A stretch of 40,720 nt of DNA from an uncultured Nitrospiraceae bacterium (GTDB taxonomy: Bacteria; Nitrospirota; Thermodesulfovibrionia; Thermodesulfovibrionales; Dissulfurispiraceae): positions 1-40,720 of the forward strand of contig CAMTVO010000028.1 in NCBI GenBank assembly GCA_947085205.1, read 5' to 3'. The notes under the pieces were generated by a model that made no database searches, had not been told where the DNA came from, and saw nothing but the letters and a program-made list of their open reading frames with translations. The number at the start of each line of letters is the position of its first letter. Position 1 is the stretch's first letter. Positions 38,384-40,720 of the stretch are shown here, piece after piece. Position numbers and translations under genes: made by a program.

Positions 38384-39682
38384 TCACAGCCGGTTCCCAT
38401 AGAGCGCATCAAGCGGACTCTGCGGGGCATTAGACATATCGCGCAAAACATGGGTATACACCATAGTCGTCTCAACATGCTTATGTCCGAGAAGACTCTG
38501 CACCTCCCTGATGTTGACGCCGGTCTGAAGTAAATGGGTAGCAAAGCTATGGCGTAATGTATGGACAGTAGCATGCTTCAATATGCCAGACTTCTGCACG
38601 GCATTTTTAAGCGCACTTTGTATTGCGGTATCGCTGATATGATGCCTTCTGACAATTCCGCTTAGAGGGTCAACAGACAGGGTTGCCGCAGGAAAAACAT
38701 ACTGCCAGCCCCATTTTTTAGCGGCGTTAGGATATTTGCGTCCAAGTGCATCCGGCAGGAAAACGGCTCCATGACCGGCGGCAAGGTCTTTGTCATGCAA
38801 AGCTTTAACGCTTATCAGATGCTCCTTTAAACGCTCCCTTACCGCTGACGGGAGCATTGTAGAACGGTCTTTATCGCCTTTGCCGCTGCGTACAAAAACA
38901 GTGTCCATATCAAAATCTATGTCTTGCACCCTAAGCCGGGCAAGCTCCATGAGGCGCAACCCCGCTCCGTAAAGCAATTCGGCAATCAGACGGCTTGTGT
39001 CGCTCATCTGTTCAAAAAGCCGCCTTACCTCATCCACCGAGAGCACCACCGGCAGCTTCTGCCCCCGTTTTGCCCTTACCGTGGTATCAAGCTCGCCCAC
39101 TTCCTTATTGAGCACATTCCTGAACAAAAATAAAATAGCATTAAACGCCTGATTCTGCGTTGAGGCTGAAACATGCCTGTTAATAGCAAGATGTGAAAGA
39201 AAATTCCTGAAATCCTCTGCAGTTACGGCATCTATCTGCTTTCCAGCGGTTTCGGTTACATAGGCGAAAAAGCGGTTAACCCATTGCAGATATGTTCGCT
39301 CTGTGCTATAAGAGTAATGTTTAAGCCTGATAATGCGGCTCACCTCCTCAAGCGCCGCCTGAACATCTTTCAGCGCAGGGGTAATCGCCGCAGGCTTGGA
39401 CTTGCCGAGGTAATGAAAGTAATAAAGCCTCAGGGCGTCGTCCGCCTGTCGGGGCTGCCACTCCTTAATGCGTTCGTCGGCTCGAAGCTCATCCATAAAG
39501 GCCATGACAACCGGCTCCTGATACTCCGCTGCCGGTGCCCCCTGCTTCTGTGCGTAAGATAAAAAACGGCTCACCCAGTAAGCGTAAAATGTCGTTTTGT
39601 TCTCTGCGACAAGTTTTTTGTCAATCAGGTACTTTTGGAACTCCGGAAGCCTTTCGCCTCCCTTCTTAGCAAAATTTATCAT
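38384..39682 (-). CDS. intI: Integron integrase (long form, extra N-terminal SAM-like domain)
   Basis: Tyrosine recombinase motifs GLRLME, GKGDKDR, HTLRHSFATHLL, LGH, VYTH, plus the IntI-specific insert (LPDALGRKYPNA...WQYVFPA...RRHH). Confidence 0.96.
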   Translation of the reverse strand: MINFAKKGGERLPEFQKYLIDKKLVAENKTTFYAYWVSRFLSYAQKQGAPAAEYQEPVVMAFMDELRADERIKEWQPRQADDALRLYYFHYLGKSKPAAITPALKDVQAALEEVSRIIRLKHYSYSTERTYLQWVNRFFAYVTETAGKQIDAVTAEDFRNFLSHLAINRHVSASTQNQAFNAILFLFRNVLNKEVGELDTTVRAKRGQKLPVVLSVDEVRRLFEQMSDTSRLIAELLYGAGLRLMELARLRVQDIDFDMDTVFVRSGKGDKDRSTMLPSAVRERLKEHLISVKALHDKDLAAGHGAVFLPDALGRKYPNAAKKWGWQYVFPAATLSVDPLSGIVRRHHISDTAIQSALKNAVQKSGILKHATVHTLRHSFATHLLQTGVNIREVQSLLGHKHVETTMVYTHVLRDMSNAPQSPLDALYGNRL

Positions 39683-39707
39683 GCTTTATAAATATCCTTT
39701 TTAGCCT

Positions 39708-39735
39708 ATAATACCATATTATACGAACTTGTCAA
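39708..39735 (-). promoter_or_regulatory. Putative intI promoter
   Basis: Minus strand TTGACA-16 nt-TATTAT with an extended TG, about 25 nt upstream of the intI start. Confidence 0.55.
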
Positions 39736-39744
39736 AAACAGGCC

Positions 39745-39846
39745 TGCTGTTATGCTGGAGTTTTATGTTGTAATGATTTAGTTGTTATGATAAGATTTTA
39801 ACCAAGATTGCCAAAACAGGCAACTTGGTAGATTAATCGTTCGATC
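39745..39846 (+). other. attI: attI region; crossover G|TTCGAT at 39839/39840
   Basis: GTTCGATC (39839-39846) is the exact complement of GATCGAAC (40633-40640) at the attC left end; upstream TGTTATG copies at 39748 and 39783. Confidence 0.7.
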
Positions 39847-40717
39847 TTATAAAAATAAATAAATGCATATACTTCCTAAATACTTAATCCTCAATAGAAG
39901 AAGAATTCGTTCTCTGCCCCCACAGGCGTTGCCTCAATGGAGCAATAACTACAATGGTTACACAGAAAGTGTGATGAGCCGTCTTTATGATAAATTCCCG
40001 AGCAAAGTTATACAGCGAGACGATCTCGTCAGTCTTTATAGGGACTGGAAAGACCCCTGTCTTTGCTTTATTGCAACGATGGTGTGGGGTGGCATTGATA
40101 CAACAAAAAAGAAACGTCTACAAAACCTCCTGACTCAGCCGGAAAGCGAAATTACAGAACGAATGGAAAAAACAAGGAGGCTTATCAAAAGAGGCTTGTA
40201 TCCGCTTGCTTTTATCTCATGGTGCAAGGGGGGCGAAAACAATATAGAAGGGATTGGTTATAGCTTTTTTTCCAAGATATTTTTCTTTATGGGCCAATCA
40301 ATTCAATCATTACAACAAAAACCACTGATTCTTGACAAATGGACTTGCAACGCATTTTTTGCACTTTTCACTCAGACTGTTGGCATTGATGTATCAAGGG
40401 AATTATTTTATATTCCGTCAAGAGAGGCATTTGAGAAGAACCGATTGATATACCCAAAAACTGCTGACAGCGCATTTGTTTACACGTTATACGTAACGCA
40501 CATGAATTACTGGGCCAATGCACTTAAAGTTCTTCCAAATCAATTGGAGCAGTTTCTTTTTGGAGTAAATTTACGGAGAGATAACGGACCAAACAACCCG
40601 AGAAATGAAATTACTAAAATGATATTAGAAATGATCGAACACTTAAATCAAGGCGACGGGGAGTAACGCTTTTTCGTTTTTCATTCAAGGCTCTTGCCCC
40701 GCGCCTTATTTTTCTCG
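39840..40717 (+). mobile_element. First integron gene cassette
   Basis: Bounded by the G|TT crossover at attI and the G|TTA of attC; single AT-rich ORF oriented away from intI. Confidence 0.85.
39863..40666 (+). CDS. Cassette protein, HhH/OGG-fold DNA glycosylase-like
   Basis: ATMVWGG, HhH-like IEGIGYSFFSKIFFF, PLILDKW (catalytic Lys/Asp-like spacing), C-terminal QLEQFLF. Family assigned by motif recognition only. Confidence 0.65.
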   Translation: MHILPKYLILNRRRIRSLPPQALPQWSNNYNGYTESVMSRLYDKFPSKVIQRDDLVSLYRDWKDPCLCFIATMVWGGIDTTKKKRLQNLLTQPESEITERMEKTRRLIKRGLYPLAFISWCKGGENNIEGIGYSFFSKIFFFMGQSIQSLQQKPLILDKWTCNAFFALFTQTVGIDVSRELFYIPSREAFEKNRLIYPKTADSAFVYTLYVTHMNYWANALKVLPNQLEQFLFGVNLRRDNGPNNPRNEITKMILEMIEHLNQGDGE

Positions 40718-40720
40718 TTA
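40634..40720 (+). other. attC: attC site (R' box truncated by window end)
   Basis: R'' ATCGAAC, 5-nt spacer, AAT[C]AAGGCG[A]CGGGG pairing with CCCCGCGCCTTATT, 6-nt spacer, R' GTTA. The unpaired C and A give the canonical extrahelical G and T on the bottom strand. Confidence 0.88.

Noticed and set aside
38351..38574. 94-aa minus-strand ORF as a real gene
   Set aside because: Mostly an alternative frame of intI; only the last ~20 codons look meaningful (integrase relic).
385..39562. Numerous plus-strand ORFs (e.g. 1236-1895, 5264-5848, 25525-26460)
   Set aside because: Antisense shadows of well-supported minus-strand genes, with no recognisable motifs.
39683..39800. LexA box at the intI promoter
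   Set aside because: No match to CTGT-N8-ACAG or GAAC-N4-GTTC was seen; a lineage-specific box cannot be excluded.
39796..39846. Hairpin ACCAAG-TTGCC/GGCAA-CTTGGT as an attC site
   Set aside because: Spacing of AAC/GTT relative to the stem does not fit R''-L''-L'-R' geometry; treated as part of the attI region.
1..40720. CRISPR array, tRNA genes (including selC) or IS elements
   Set aside because: No repeat-spacer periodicity, cloverleaf or transposase seen by eye; tRNAscan/Aragorn would be needed to be certain.

Overview
Bacterial chromosome window, almost entirely minus-strand genes. Gene content and style suggest an anaerobic Nitrospirota (Thermodesulfovibrionia-like) or Desulfobacterota-like organism; this is inference only. 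1-12 kb: 5' end of a 16S rRNA gene with its promoter and boxA, then housekeeping genes (ispF, ispD, PIN/TRAM, DegP-type protease, selB, hisH, comEC, glmM, YbbR/cdaR, cdaA). 12-34.4 kb: a large respiratory locus. A tandem PhnD-type binding lipoprotein, a histidine kinase with a 9-Cys insert inside its HAMP domain and a sigma54 activator sit upstream of a -24/-12 promoter with two palindromic UAS sites. The downstream genes are usp, a split TauE pair, a PhnD-type binding protein, a Tat-less PsrA/PhsA-like molybdoenzyme, its 4Fe-4S partner and a rearranged NuoEFG-less complex-I-like operon (B-D-I-A-C-H-J-K, four antiporter-like subunits, two small membrane proteins). Its NuoB has an in-frame UGA in the tandem-Cys N2 ligand motif (FGLA-U-CAIE), followed by a SECIS-like hairpin, so it is probably a selenoprotein. 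34.4-38.3 kb: MBL hydrolase, murJ, dedA, prmC. 38.3-40.7 kb: an integron with a long IntI, an attI region, and a first cassette encoding an HhH/OGG-fold glycosylase-like protein with a canonical attC, plus a relic 3' end of a second integrase. Short 7-9-mer tandem/palindromic repeats are scattered through the window, often in frame inside core genes and possibly in 16S helix 6.
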